Numbered from the stretch's first letter, positions 47,370-55,927 are shown. The stretch is DNA of 64,000 nt from an uncultured Gammaproteobacteria bacterium (GCA_964599625.1 CAZRGC010000001.1:244959-308958), one strand, 5' to 3'. Numbers and translations: made by a program. Notes: generated by a model from the letters alone, not told the origin.

Positions 47370-47942
47370 TCACAAAATAGTAAGCAGAAATTTTGAATCA
47401 TCGGTAAGTGACACCCCAACTTCTTGTATGCTGACACCTGATTTTTCTGCCTCTTTTTTTAGATAACGTTCGAAAGACTCATGCGGGTTACCAAGATACC
47501 TTTTTGCCAATTTCTCCGGATCGGCTGCGGCTAGTGCGATTTGTGATAGTTTTCCGTGTGGGGTGGAAATTATGGACATATCTTTTATATACATTCTTTT
47601 TGTGTCGGCTGGGGCGGATATTTGTATTTGGGTTGCAATATCCGCAGATATCGGAAAATCCATTTTCACGGACAGTTGCACAGCCAAAAAACCTTGTTCA
47701 ATTTTTGTATCCAAAGTCAAAAGCGACGCTCTTATGGGCGGATTTGAATCAATAGCTTCCTTGAATGTTTTTGAAAGAAGTGCTGATATTTCGGAAGCGT
47801 CCAACTCCACGCAAAATGAATTTCCTTGGGATAAGGTTTCTATTGCCTGTGTTACCAAATCTGGTTTGGGAATATTTATTTCTTTAAACATTTTTTCAAA
47901 AAAAACGCCTGGTGGTTTTTGTGCCTCCAGGCGCGGGAACAT
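47370..47942 (-). CDS. Hypothetical protein (190 aa)
   Basis: ATG at 47942 overlaps the stop of the upstream 79-aa gene (TAATG), supporting this start over 47999. Confidence 0.5.
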   Translation of the reverse strand: MFPRLEAQKPPGVFFEKMFKEINIPKPDLVTQAIETLSQGNSFCVELDASEISALLSKTFKEAIDSNPPIRASLLTLDTKIEQGFLAVQLSVKMDFPISADIATQIQISAPADTKRMYIKDMSIISTPHGKLSQIALAAADPEKLAKRYLGNPHESFERYLKKEAEKSGVSIQEVGVSLTDDSKFLLTIL

Positions 47943-48181
47943 TATTTCTTTATGAGTTTTACGATTTCGTATATAAAAAGGCCGAACCCGACCATGCAAA
48001 CGAAACCGCCAATGGCAAATCCTGCCATAGCACCCAGGTGTCCAACAAACATCGTAGCGATGCTTTGGAAGTTGCCGTTAAAGGCGCTGAGAGCCCCAAA
48101 GCCCATGTTGAGAAGGGCAAAGAGAAAACTCCCAATTTCGATAACACAACCTGAAATAAAAACTATCAATGCGCGCTTCAT
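47942..48181 (-). CDS. Small multi-TM membrane protein (79 aa)
   Basis: AAGGAG RBS 4 nt before the ATG at 48181. Gly-rich helices. Confidence 0.5.
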   Translation of the reverse strand: MKRALIVFISGCVIEIGSFLFALLNMGFGALSAFNGNFQSIATMFVGHLGAMAGFAIGGFVCMVGFGLFIYEIVKLIKK

Positions 48182-48325
48182 AGATTCTCCTTGAATCCGT
48201 GATTCACAACAAAATTTGTGATATTGAATTTTACAATATAACAAGTTCGAAGTCAAGATTATAGGCCAATTTTTAGGCACAAAAAACCTGGAGGGGCTTT
48301 AATATCCTTTCTCCAGGTTGGATTC

Positions 48326-48682
48326 TTAGCAGGCAGGGTAGTAGTTTGTCGAGAAAATTCCCCGACGTTCGTAGACTTGGATTTCTTGACCGACCGCAAG
48401 TGTTTGAAAACAGGCCTGGCTTACGTCGGAGGTTACACGGTAGTTTTCGATGACGTAAGTTACGCTCCAATACGGCCGTGTAATTGGTATCAGTACTTTG
48501 CCTGCGGGCAAAAGCGTAGTTCTGGTACCGGAGTCTTTGCTTTCAACATGCGAAATGCCTGCGAATTCGGGTTTGGCAAGGGACTGATCGATGCTGTATG
48601 CAACAATATATCCCAGCAGGGCGATGGCCACCACCAAAAGCATCATGATAACGATTTCTGTTATGTCAAATCTCATTATCAT
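48326..48682 (-). CDS. Hypothetical TM-anchored protein (118 aa)
   Basis: AGGA before ATG. N-terminal hydrophobic helix. Confidence 0.5.
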   Translation of the reverse strand: MIMRFDITEIVIMMLLVVAIALLGYIVAYSIDQSLAKPEFAGISHVESKDSGTRTTLLPAGKVLIPITRPYWSVTYVIENYRVTSDVSQACFQTLAVGQEIQVYERRGIFSTNYYPAC

Positions 48683-48683
48683 C

Positions 48684-49100
48684 CTAGCCTTCGGGCTCTA
48701 CATTTGCCTCGGATTTCCAGTCTCCTTGCGGGCGCCATTGTGAAACATCCAAACCATTTTCCAATGCCGCATTTAAAGCCTCGAAATCTTCGTCGCTCAG
48801 CGAATGGATGTAGTTGTTCCACCAGTGATACCATTTCCAGTATTCTGCTGTTGGTGCATCGTTTTCGCCTGTTGGGTTTTGGACCCCAAACCTTGTGAGC
48901 ATCTTGACTGCCGATTTTTGCTGTTCTTTGGCCGCAAGTATGTCGGCGTAGACTCCTTCAGACTGGCTTTCGGGAATTCTTCCATGGGTGAGCTCGTGCC
49001 GCATCCCAAAGGTGAACGCTCCGATCTGGTCGATTATGAAATAAACCAGAACTTCTGAGCCCTCTTCAATGGCTTTTTCAAACCATTCTTGTTGGAACAT
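48684..49100 (-). CDS. Hypothetical protein (138 aa) with HExxH-like motif (FGMRHELTHG)
   Basis: GGAGGA RBS 3 nt before ATG. Trp-rich C-terminus. Confidence 0.5.
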   Translation of the reverse strand: MFQQEWFEKAIEEGSEVLVYFIIDQIGAFTFGMRHELTHGRIPESQSEGVYADILAAKEQQKSAVKMLTRFGVQNPTGENDAPTAEYWKWYHWWNNYIHSLSDEDFEALNAALENGLDVSQWRPQGDWKSEANVEPEG

Positions 49101-49112
49101 TTGTCCTCCACA

Positions 49113-49451
49113 CTATTTGATGGCCAAAAGCGCTTGCCGAAGATCTCCCGTGGTGACAGAAACGGTCGCCTCTTTGTCGGCTGTGACAAAATACAAGTCG
49201 AGCGTGCTTGGGGTTGACCCTTGGCGAACACGTTTTTGTGTTTCTCCCAGGCGGGAATCGGCTTTTTTGGACTTTTTATCCTTGAGAAACGTGGAGGTCC
49301 AGAGGATTCTCCAAGGAATGCTGGCGGTAATTTGGACCTCAGAATTGACCGTTGCGGTCAAACTCACCTGGGGACCATTTTTCTCCAGCCTGACGTCAAG
49401 AGCACCACTTGAGGGAGTGATACTGGCAAATTTCTGTAAGGTTACAGACAT
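49113..49451 (-). CDS. Hypothetical protein (112 aa), first gene of the small-protein operon
   Basis: AGGAG RBS upstream. Ser/Thr-rich. Confidence 0.5.
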   Translation of the reverse strand: MSVTLQKFASITPSSGALDVRLEKNGPQVSLTATVNSEVQITASIPWRILWTSTFLKDKKSKKADSRLGETQKRVRQGSTPSTLDLYFVTADKEATVSVTTGDLRQALLAIK

Positions 49452-49623
49452 TTGAAATCTCCTATTAATGAGCTAGATTTGAATACTATCGGTAAACTTG
49501 CGTAGTATACCAAATACCCTTGGAAATGACATTAAAAAACAACTGGAGTGGTAGCTAATAAACTAGTTGGCTAGTTTTTGGCCATAAGTTTGACCAACAT
49601 GGAATTTGTGGTAAATTTTAAAA

Positions 49624-50259
49624 ATGGACGGAAGCTCAAAAATTGACCACGATCCCACATTCGATGTGGTGGAGATTGTAAAAATCAAATACAAAAATAT
49701 TGAGTTCAACGTTTCTGCTGGTGATATCATGAAGGAATTTAGAAGTTCAGATGCCATAGTTATTCCTTCGTCCCCCGAGCTTGACTTGCAAAGTGGTGTA
49801 ATCGAAAACCTGGTTGATGATGAATATGGAGATGGGCCATTTAAGGCACTCGCGGCAAAGAAAAAACAGATGAGCATACCGGATCATGTTCCGATGTGTA
49901 CCGCCGTCGATGCAATTTATCAAGGAAAAGACTTTGTATTTGTAAACATTCAACCCCCGTATGATGAGGATGATCAAACTTTTGAAGGTGTTAGGGAGTC
50001 TGCATTCAACTGTTTCAAAGAAGCCAACTTCAACGAGGCTCAATCCATAGTTGTTCCTGCACTGGGTAATGGTATGTGGCACGTTCCTATAAATGAAAGT
50101 GTTTCGGCTATTGCCGAAGCAGCAAAATCTTTTATAGATGAGATGACTAAGGAGGGTAACGAACCTGCACTAAGAAAGATAAGTATTGTTTTATATAAAC
50201 CCAAGACTGAAGACGGACCATTGATTAAAGACTCCGTAATCAAACTATTTTCCCAGTGA
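49624..50259 (+). CDS. Macro-domain protein (ADP-ribose binding/processing)
   Basis: DAIVIPSSPELDLQSGVIENL and IVVPALGNGMWHVP correspond to the Macro-domain ligand-binding loops. TTGACC-16-TAAATT promoter upstream. Confidence 0.65.
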   Translation: MDGSSKIDHDPTFDVVEIVKIKYKNIEFNVSAGDIMKEFRSSDAIVIPSSPELDLQSGVIENLVDDEYGDGPFKALAAKKKQMSIPDHVPMCTAVDAIYQGKDFVFVNIQPPYDEDDQTFEGVRESAFNCFKEANFNEAQSIVVPALGNGMWHVPINESVSAIAEAAKSFIDEMTKEGNEPALRKISIVLYKPKTEDGPLIKDSVIKLFSQ

Positions 50260-50298
50260 AGCTTCAATACAAACGGTATCGACGAGACATATATGACA

Positions 50299-50538
50299 TT
50301 AAACTAAATTGTGTTTTTTGATAAACGCTCGGCCCGACCCAGACTTGAGATATTTTTCAAATTTAAAAGCTGTAATCTTTTCACTAAAAGCGAAATACGA
50401 AATCAGTTTCAAGGGTTTTAGATTTCTTGTTGTATTAATTTGGCCAGAATTGTGGCGTTTTAACCTGTCCTTTAAGTTATTTGTACAACCAATGTAGGTC
50501 CGTCCATTTGAACAAAACAGTATGTAAATATAATACAT
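50299..50538 (-). CDS. GIY-YIG nuclease-family small protein (YhbQ/UPF0213-like, 79 aa)
   Basis: YYIYILFCSNGRTYIGCTNNLKDRLKRHNSG is a GIY-x10-YIG ... R ... N catalytic core. No additional DNA-binding domain. Confidence 0.7.
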   Translation of the reverse strand: MYYIYILFCSNGRTYIGCTNNLKDRLKRHNSGQINTTRNLKPLKLISYFAFSEKITAFKFEKYLKSGSGRAFIKKHNLV

Positions 50539-50612
50539 ATTGTTTCAGTATATCCGCTTTCGCTCTGACGGCGGGTAAACCTCGCCGTAGTCGAGCTTCA
50601 GCGAGACGAAGG

Positions 50613-50903
50613 CGGGATCGACGAGACTCGAACTCGCAACCTCTTCCGTGCTAAACCCAAGTCGGGTTTTGGACTATCTCATCATCCAGTTTTTCAACTT
50701 AGGACGCCAGGTATATAGTCTCTACACATTTATCCTTCGATTACGCTCAGGACTTACAGCCCTAAACATCATCTAGAAATTTAGCTCGGGATTCTCTTCT
50801 TTCGAAGTATTTTCCGAATTAGCCTGGTTTTACATCCCGGTATTACTACCAGGAGCTGCCACTTTTGACAGGGAAGCGCTCTAGCCAATTGAGCTACGAC
50901 CCC
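50613..50903 (-). tRNA. tRNA-Asp (anticodon GTC) interrupted by a 217-nt group I intron in the anticodon loop
   Basis: 5' exon (50868-50903) is GGGGTCG-TA-GCTC-AATTGGCTA-GAGC-G-CTTCC-CTGT. 3' exon (50613-50650) is CAC-GGAAG-AGGTT-GCGAG-TTCGAGT-CTCGT-CGATCCC-G. Joined, they give a canonical 74-nt tRNA with anticodon loop CUGUCAC, as in bacterial tRNA-Asp. Confidence 0.65.
50651..50867 (-). ncRNA. Group I self-splicing intron (217 nt) within tRNA-Asp
   Basis: 5' exon ends in U, pairing with internal guide GCAG 8 nt into the intron (P1 with U.G). The intron ends in G. Core elements R-like GUGUAGAGACUAUA and S-like GAGAUAGUCCAAA are present, with GACUA/UAGUC able to form P7. Size is similar to the smallest known tRNA introns. 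Confidence 0.6.
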
Positions 50904-50913
50904 AGATTTATCT

Positions 50914-50989
50914 GGGTATACAAGGCGAATGCCTTACGACCCCTTTTAGCTTCTAAAAGGGTATACAAGGCGAATGCCTTACGACCCCT
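50914..50989 (-). repeat. Two tandem 31-nt direct repeats (gggtatacaaggcgaatgccttacgacccct), separated by a 14-nt palindrome, immediately upstream of tRNA-Asp
   Basis: Each repeat ends with tacgacccc, the reverse complement of tRNA-Asp nt 1-9 (GGGGTCGTA). Each contains the hairpin aaggc-gaat-gcctt. The spacer ttttagcttctaaaa is itself palindromic. Confidence 0.6.
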
Positions 50990-51209
50990 AACTCTGAGTA
51001 TTTTATCACGGTACAAGCAAATTTCCGAGTGGCAAGCTTTGCTCACCAATAATAGTCTTTGGCAGCGTTAAGTTTTCACCTTGCGTTTGGTAAACATTCA
51101 GGCCGAAGTTTTTTTATCCTATAACTTGATTTTCTACACAATAAGGGGTAAAATTTGGCCTTAGTTTTTAATTGCACATTTCAAGAAAATTACGCGAAAG
51201 GACATATCT

Positions 51210-52244
51210 ATGTTCAAGAAAATTTTGCCCGTCATTTTTGCGGTTTCGCTCTTGATCACCGCATGCGGGGCCGGAATGGGCGAAGCGCCTGTTAACCCAG
51301 ACGGCTGTTCGTACGATTACAGCGTCACTTTTTACGGCGCGAACGTTGATCCGTTGGAACTCAAAATCACATCCCACGCAAGTTGGGTGCAGGACGAGGA
51401 TGATCCAGAATATTACCATCTTGTCGTTGATAACGACGAAGTTTGGCAGGGTCTGGTTGCCCGTCACAATGACGTTGTTGCCAAGCTCAACGCTGGCCTT
51501 TCGTTGTTGTTTGTGGATTCAGAATTCCTTCAAGGAGCCAAGTATTCCGAGATGGACGGTGAACCTGTTTCACTCACCTCCTCAAGCTATCGTGAGTGTC
51601 CAAACCCCGAGCAGTATGGGTTCTGGGACAACGGTTTTTATCACGGTTTGCCTTTTGAGGAGATGGACAACAACGGATACCTCACTTCAACCCGTATTGG
51701 TGACACAACGACGTTTGTCGAAGTGCGATCGGCGAAGAACAGTGTTGTGAACTATTCGTTCCCAACGGCTTATCTTGAGACGATTTACAACTACGCTTTC
51801 GGCCGCGGTGAGACAAACCTTTCACTCGATGCCCAATATGTGGAAATACCCCGCCCCGACATGCCCGACGGACTCACTTACTCGCAAGCAATGCTTGATC
51901 AAATGGTGAATGCCGACGCAGACGGCCGCGAAGCTGTTTCTTTCACCCTTAACATCGAGGACTTTGAAGGACGCGCCCAGCTTAAGCCTGTGATAGCCAA
52001 AGGCATCGAACTTGCCGCGGCGCAAGAAGGCAGTCCTGTACTTGCGACCATTCATGCGATGATGAGTTCGGGTCAGCGCCAGATCGCATATGCCAGTATG
52101 CACGGAAGTTTCTCCATCAAAGGAGCCTTCTTCCTTGGTATTGGTGGAGTCAATGGCGGCGGCTATATCGACGGTCAGGCCGGCAGTAATGCCTGGTTCG
52201 AAGATGTGGTGAAGGCTTCGGTCTACATCACTCCGCAAGAGTAA
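51210..52244 (+). CDS. Hypothetical lipoprotein (signal peptide + lipobox LITAC), GC-rich
   Basis: MFKKILPVIFAVSLLITAC|GAG. Confidence 0.6.
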   Translation: MFKKILPVIFAVSLLITACGAGMGEAPVNPDGCSYDYSVTFYGANVDPLELKITSHASWVQDEDDPEYYHLVVDNDEVWQGLVARHNDVVAKLNAGLSLLFVDSEFLQGAKYSEMDGEPVSLTSSSYRECPNPEQYGFWDNGFYHGLPFEEMDNNGYLTSTRIGDTTTFVEVRSAKNSVVNYSFPTAYLETIYNYAFGRGETNLSLDAQYVEIPRPDMPDGLTYSQAMLDQMVNADADGREAVSFTLNIEDFEGRAQLKPVIAKGIELAAAQEGSPVLATIHAMMSSGQRQIAYASMHGSFSIKGAFFLGIGGVNGGGYIDGQAGSNAWFEDVVKASVYITPQE

Positions 52245-52270
52245 TTTTTTTGTGGTAAGTCAAACCGCTT

Positions 52271-54106
52271 TTGGAGAAATCTGGAAGCGGTTTTTTTGTG
52301 GTAAAAATCCTGTTGTATACTAAACTCGTGACGGATAAAAAATTCCTCAACAATATAGAGATATCAGAACTTCTTAGGGATGTAGCTGCAGCCTACCAAC
52401 TCAAAGATTCGGGTGGTGCTAGATTCAAAATAATTGCATACCAACGTGCTGCCGATGCAGTGGAGCACGCAACAAGTGAACTCAAAGATTTGTGGGATGA
52501 CGGAAAACTCAAAGAAATTCCGGGAGTTGGTGCGAGTATTGCGGAACATCTTTCCGAACTTTTTTCTACAGGTAGATCAAAACATTTTGATGAATTAATG
52601 GAAGGGTTACCAAAAAGCATGTTTGAATTTATGAAAGTTCCCGGAATTGGACCCAAAACCGCATATAAGTTGGCACATGATTTGAGTCTAAAATCTCTGA
52701 GCGATCTGGAAAAAGCCGCCAAAAAAGGAAGAATTGCAGAACTTGAAGGATTTGGAGAACAGTCGCAAAAAGACATATTGGATTCCATTGGAACAGTTCG
52801 CAAAAGGATCAAACGACACCTTCTTCCATACGCAATGGAAATTTCAGGAAGGGTTATTGATTATCTATTGGCCAATAAAGCCGTTAAAAAAGCCGATACT
52901 TTGGGAAGTTTAAGGCGCAAAGTTTCCACAATTGGCGATATTGATATTGCAGCAGCAACGGAAGATCCGGAGAAAGTGTTGGAATATTTTACAAAGTTTC
53001 CCAATACTCAAAAAATTTTGGAAAAAGGAACAAGAACTGCGGCAATAATTTTACCTGGTGCGGTGCAGGTTGATTTAATGGTAGAAACGCCCGAGGCTTA
53101 CGGCAGTTTGTTGCAGCATTTCACGGGTTCCAAACATCATAACATTGCACTTCGTGAGTTGGCTCTCAAAAAAGGTTTTAGTTTGTCGGACTACGGTGTC
53201 AAAAAAGTCGGGTCCGAAAAACTTATCAAGTTTGACGGCGAAGAAAAGCTTTACAACTTTTTCGGTTTGGATTTTATTCCACCGGAGATGCGCGAAGATA
53301 CAGGAGAGATTAGTGTTTCAATGGAACACAAACTTCCAAAACTTGTTGAAATAAAAGACATAAAAGCCGACCTCCAGATTCATTCGGATTTTGATGTAGA
53401 AACAAGCCACGACGTTGGTGCCTCTTCGATGGAAGAACTTGTTAAAAAAGCTGACGAAAAGGGATATGAGTATATTGCATTTACGGATCACAACCCAAGC
53501 CAAAAGGGACATTCTGCAAAAGATTTTGTGGAAATTCTCAAAAAACGCCGTGAAAGAATTGAAAAATTAAATTACTCACTCAAAAATATGAATATAAAAA
53601 ATGTTCAAAAAGTTTTCAATAGCCTTGAAATAGACATAATACCAAATGGGGATCTACCTGTGCCGCAGGAGGCCTTGGATGAATTAGATTTTGCACTGGT
53701 TTCCATACATTCAAGTTTTGAAGGCGAACGCGATGCCAATACAAAAAGGGTCTTAAAAGCACTTTCAAATCCCAAAGTCAAAATATTTGCCCATCCAACC
53801 GGAAGGAAACTAAATGAACGGGAAGGCGTGGATCTTAATTGGCCCGAGATATTTGAATTTTGCCTTAAGAGGGGCAAGTGGATTGAAATAAACTGCGACC
53901 CGATGAGGTTGGATCTGCCTGACATATTGGTGCGTGAAGGCGTTAAGCTTGGTATCAAATTTAGTTTGGGTACAGACTCGCATCACAAAGACATGATGAA
54001 TAATATTCCGTTCGGTATAACTGTTGCCAGACGCGGGTGGGCAGAAAAAAAGGATATTGTAAACACACTTTCGTACGTGGATTTTTGCAAAGCTTTCGCA
54101 GTATAA
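52271..54106 (+). CDS. polX: DNA polymerase X family protein with C-terminal PHP domain
   Basis: Pol-beta-like HhH motifs (IPGVGASIAEHL, VPGIGPKTAYKL). Nucleotidyltransferase motif GSLRRKVSTIGDIDIAA. PHP-domain histidines (IHSDFD, AFTDHN). The true start is probably downstream of the annotated ATG. Confidence 0.85.
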   Translation: MEKSGSGFFVVKILLYTKLVTDKKFLNNIEISELLRDVAAAYQLKDSGGARFKIIAYQRAADAVEHATSELKDLWDDGKLKEIPGVGASIAEHLSELFSTGRSKHFDELMEGLPKSMFEFMKVPGIGPKTAYKLAHDLSLKSLSDLEKAAKKGRIAELEGFGEQSQKDILDSIGTVRKRIKRHLLPYAMEISGRVIDYLLANKAVKKADTLGSLRRKVSTIGDIDIAAATEDPEKVLEYFTKFPNTQKILEKGTRTAAIILPGAVQVDLMVETPEAYGSLLQHFTGSKHHNIALRELALKKGFSLSDYGVKKVGSEKLIKFDGEEKLYNFFGLDFIPPEMREDTGEISVSMEHKLPKLVEIKDIKADLQIHSDFDVETSHDVGASSMEELVKKADEKGYEYIAFTDHNPSQKGHSAKDFVEILKKRRERIEKLNYSLKNMNIKNVQKVFNSLEIDIIPNGDLPVPQEALDELDFALVSIHSSFEGERDANTKRVLKALSNPKVKIFAHPTGRKLNEREGVDLNWPEIFEFCLKRGKWIEINCDPMRLDLPDILVREGVKLGIKFSLGTDSHHKDMMNNIPFGITVARRGWAEKKDIVNTLSYVDFCKAFAV

Positions 54107-54133
54107 CTTGCAACATTGTGTTAACATATAATC

Positions 54134-54718
54134 ATGCCTTTTTTGATAATTCTTGGAATTCTCGCAATTATTGGCCTCTGGCTTGTTGGTGAATATAATT
54201 TTTTTGTTACCACAAAGACCCGAGTTGGCGCTGCAATTCAAGAAATCGGAAACCAGCTCAAACGCCAAGCAGAACTTATCCCCAACCTGGAAGCCTCCGT
54301 CAAAGGTTATCTTAAACACGAAAAATCAATTTTTGATGAACTTACAGAAGCTCGCAAAGATGTTGTGAGTGCAGCAAAAAGTGGTGATCTGAACAAGATG
54401 GCAGATGCAGGAGCCAGATTTTCCGAAGTTCTCCCCAGGCTTCAGGTAGTTTTGGAGAGCAATCCGGAAATAAAAGGTGCGCAAGTTGTCGAAAATTTGA
54501 TGGGTGAACTTAGAGACACCTCCGACAAAGTTATGTATTCCAGAAGGCTTCTTATAGATCTCACTGCTGATTACAACGTCAAAAGAGTAACGTTTCCAAG
54601 CAATATCGTTGCGGGAATGTTTAAGTTTGACGAGCTTAAGGGTTTGGAAACTCCAACATCTGGTGGTGCATTTTCGGTCTCTGAGTCCGAAATGAAATCG
54701 CCAAAAGTTAACCTCTAA
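54134..54718 (+). CDS. lemA: LemA family protein
   Basis: N-terminal TM plus the conserved LemA block FFVTTKTRVGAAIQEIGNQLKRQAELIPNL. Confidence 0.8.
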   Translation: MPFLIILGILAIIGLWLVGEYNFFVTTKTRVGAAIQEIGNQLKRQAELIPNLEASVKGYLKHEKSIFDELTEARKDVVSAAKSGDLNKMADAGARFSEVLPRLQVVLESNPEIKGAQVVENLMGELRDTSDKVMYSRRLLIDLTADYNVKRVTFPSNIVAGMFKFDELKGLETPTSGGAFSVSESEMKSPKVNL

Positions 54719-55927
54719 ATGAGTTCAGAGAGATTCAATGAGTTAAGACGTAATAAATTTAATCTTTTTTGGTGCAGATTTTTTGTTGATTTGAATGCTT
54801 TGAATTCTGTTGTTCAACTTTTTTACTTGCAGCGCGGCGTAACACCAGCCCAGATATTTTGGACAGGTGTTGCCTGGTCGGTGGGAACGCTCCTTTTTGA
54901 TATTCCATCCAGTTATTTAGCAGACAGGTGGGGAAGACGAAAGACCATACTTACGGGGGTTGTAATAAATGTAATTGCCAATGCATATCTTTTTTGGGCG
55001 TATGGGTTTTGGTCGTTTTTCCTTTACACGTTTATTTTTGCTATTTCTTATTCATTCTTTTTTGGGGTTGAAGACGCCCTTTTGTACGACACTTTAAAAG
55101 AGATGAAACAGGAGCGTGTGGTTATGAAAACTGCCGGCAAATATGCCTCCGCCGGGAGAATCTCAAAAATTTTATTACCAATTGTGGGAATGTTTATCGC
55201 AAAAGATCTGGCCCCAGAGCAGTTTAATATTTTGCTTTCAATAAACTTGATTAGTTCGGTGGTGGCGGTTTATTTTGCTTGGGTACTGGTTGAGCCTAAA
55301 AGATTTGAGGAAAAACTGAAGATGAAATTAAATGCCTTTACAGACGGTATTTTTACTTTTTTGAAGTCTGAGGCGCTTAGGTCGTTTGCCTTCAATAAAA
55401 GCTTAATTTTTATCGGGAGTTTTGTGTTTTGGAGGTTTTATCAAAACGCACTTTTGGAACGAGGATTTTCTGTTTTGTACTTGGGTCTTATATATCCAGT
55501 AAGTAATGCGCTTTTGGTAATTTTCTTTATTCTAGTCCCAAAAATTACGGAAAAAATTGAAAGGCTACATATTTTGAACGGAGTTGCCTATGTTATGCTT
55601 TTTTCACTTTTTATTTTTATATTTACAGAAAACCAACTTGCCTTATACCTTACATCTATCTCCATTTTGACAGTAGCAACAATCAGAGATCCGCTTTTTA
55701 CGCAACAAATACAATGGCGGCTCAAGTCAGTTAATAGAGCCACGACAGGATCAATCTTGGGGATTTTCAAAGGGGTTAGCGACATACCCGTTTTGATATT
55801 GTCGGGATATTTGGCCAGCTACGGAGGAAAGCTGGTTCTTGTTTTACCTGTTCTTCTTACCCTGGCTGTCTTGGTTTTATTTAGGATTAAGAAAGAATAT
55901 ATAATATCTGGAGTAGCAAACGAATAA
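54719..55927 (+). CDS. MFS transporter
   Basis: Twelve TM helices with the MFS loop motif DRWGRRK. Confidence 0.7.
   Translation: MSSERFNELRRNKFNLFWCRFFVDLNALNSVVQLFYLQRGVTPAQIFWTGVAWSVGTLLFDIPSSYLADRWGRRKTILTGVVINVIANAYLFWAYGFWSFFLYTFIFAISYSFFFGVEDALLYDTLKEMKQERVVMKTAGKYASAGRISKILLPIVGMFIAKDLAPEQFNILLSINLISSVVAVYFAWVLVEPKRFEEKLKMKLNAFTDGIFTFLKSEALRSFAFNKSLIFIGSFVFWRFYQNALLERGFSVLYLGLIYPVSNALLVIFFILVPKITEKIERLHILNGVAYVMLFSLFIFIFTENQLALYLTSISILTVATIRDPLFTQQIQWRLKSVNRATTGSILGIFKGVSDIPVLILSGYLASYGGKLVLVLPVLLTLAVLVLFRIKKEYIISGVANE

Noticed and set aside
48684-49100. Zinc metallopeptidase call for the 138-aa protein based on HELTH
   Set aside because: A lone HExxH in a 138-aa protein without the downstream third ligand context is insufficient. 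Left as hypothetical with the motif noted.
50914-50989. CRISPR array
   Set aside because: Only two repeat units, 31 nt with a 14-nt palindromic spacer. No cas genes. The repeats are explained as tRNA-end mimics.
50540-50990. tmRNA (ssrA) interpretation of the structured RNA region: T-arm plus acceptor 3' strand, and an upstream GGGG... 5' end about 290 nt away
   Set aside because: The 5' part has a full D-arm and anticodon stem, and the 3' part supplies the matching anticodon-stem strand (CTTCC/GGAAG). The segments assemble into a complete tRNA-Asp around an intron, not a tRNA-like domain lacking a D-arm/anticodon as in tmRNA. No resume codon/tag ORF was seen.
24034-51100. Prophage or integrative element bounded by tRNA genes
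   Set aside because: No integrase, recombinase, terminase, capsid or transposase-like ORF was recognisable anywhere in the window. Only small scars (tRNA fragment, repeated tRNA 5' ends) were found. So only an accessory island is claimed, not a defined mobile element.
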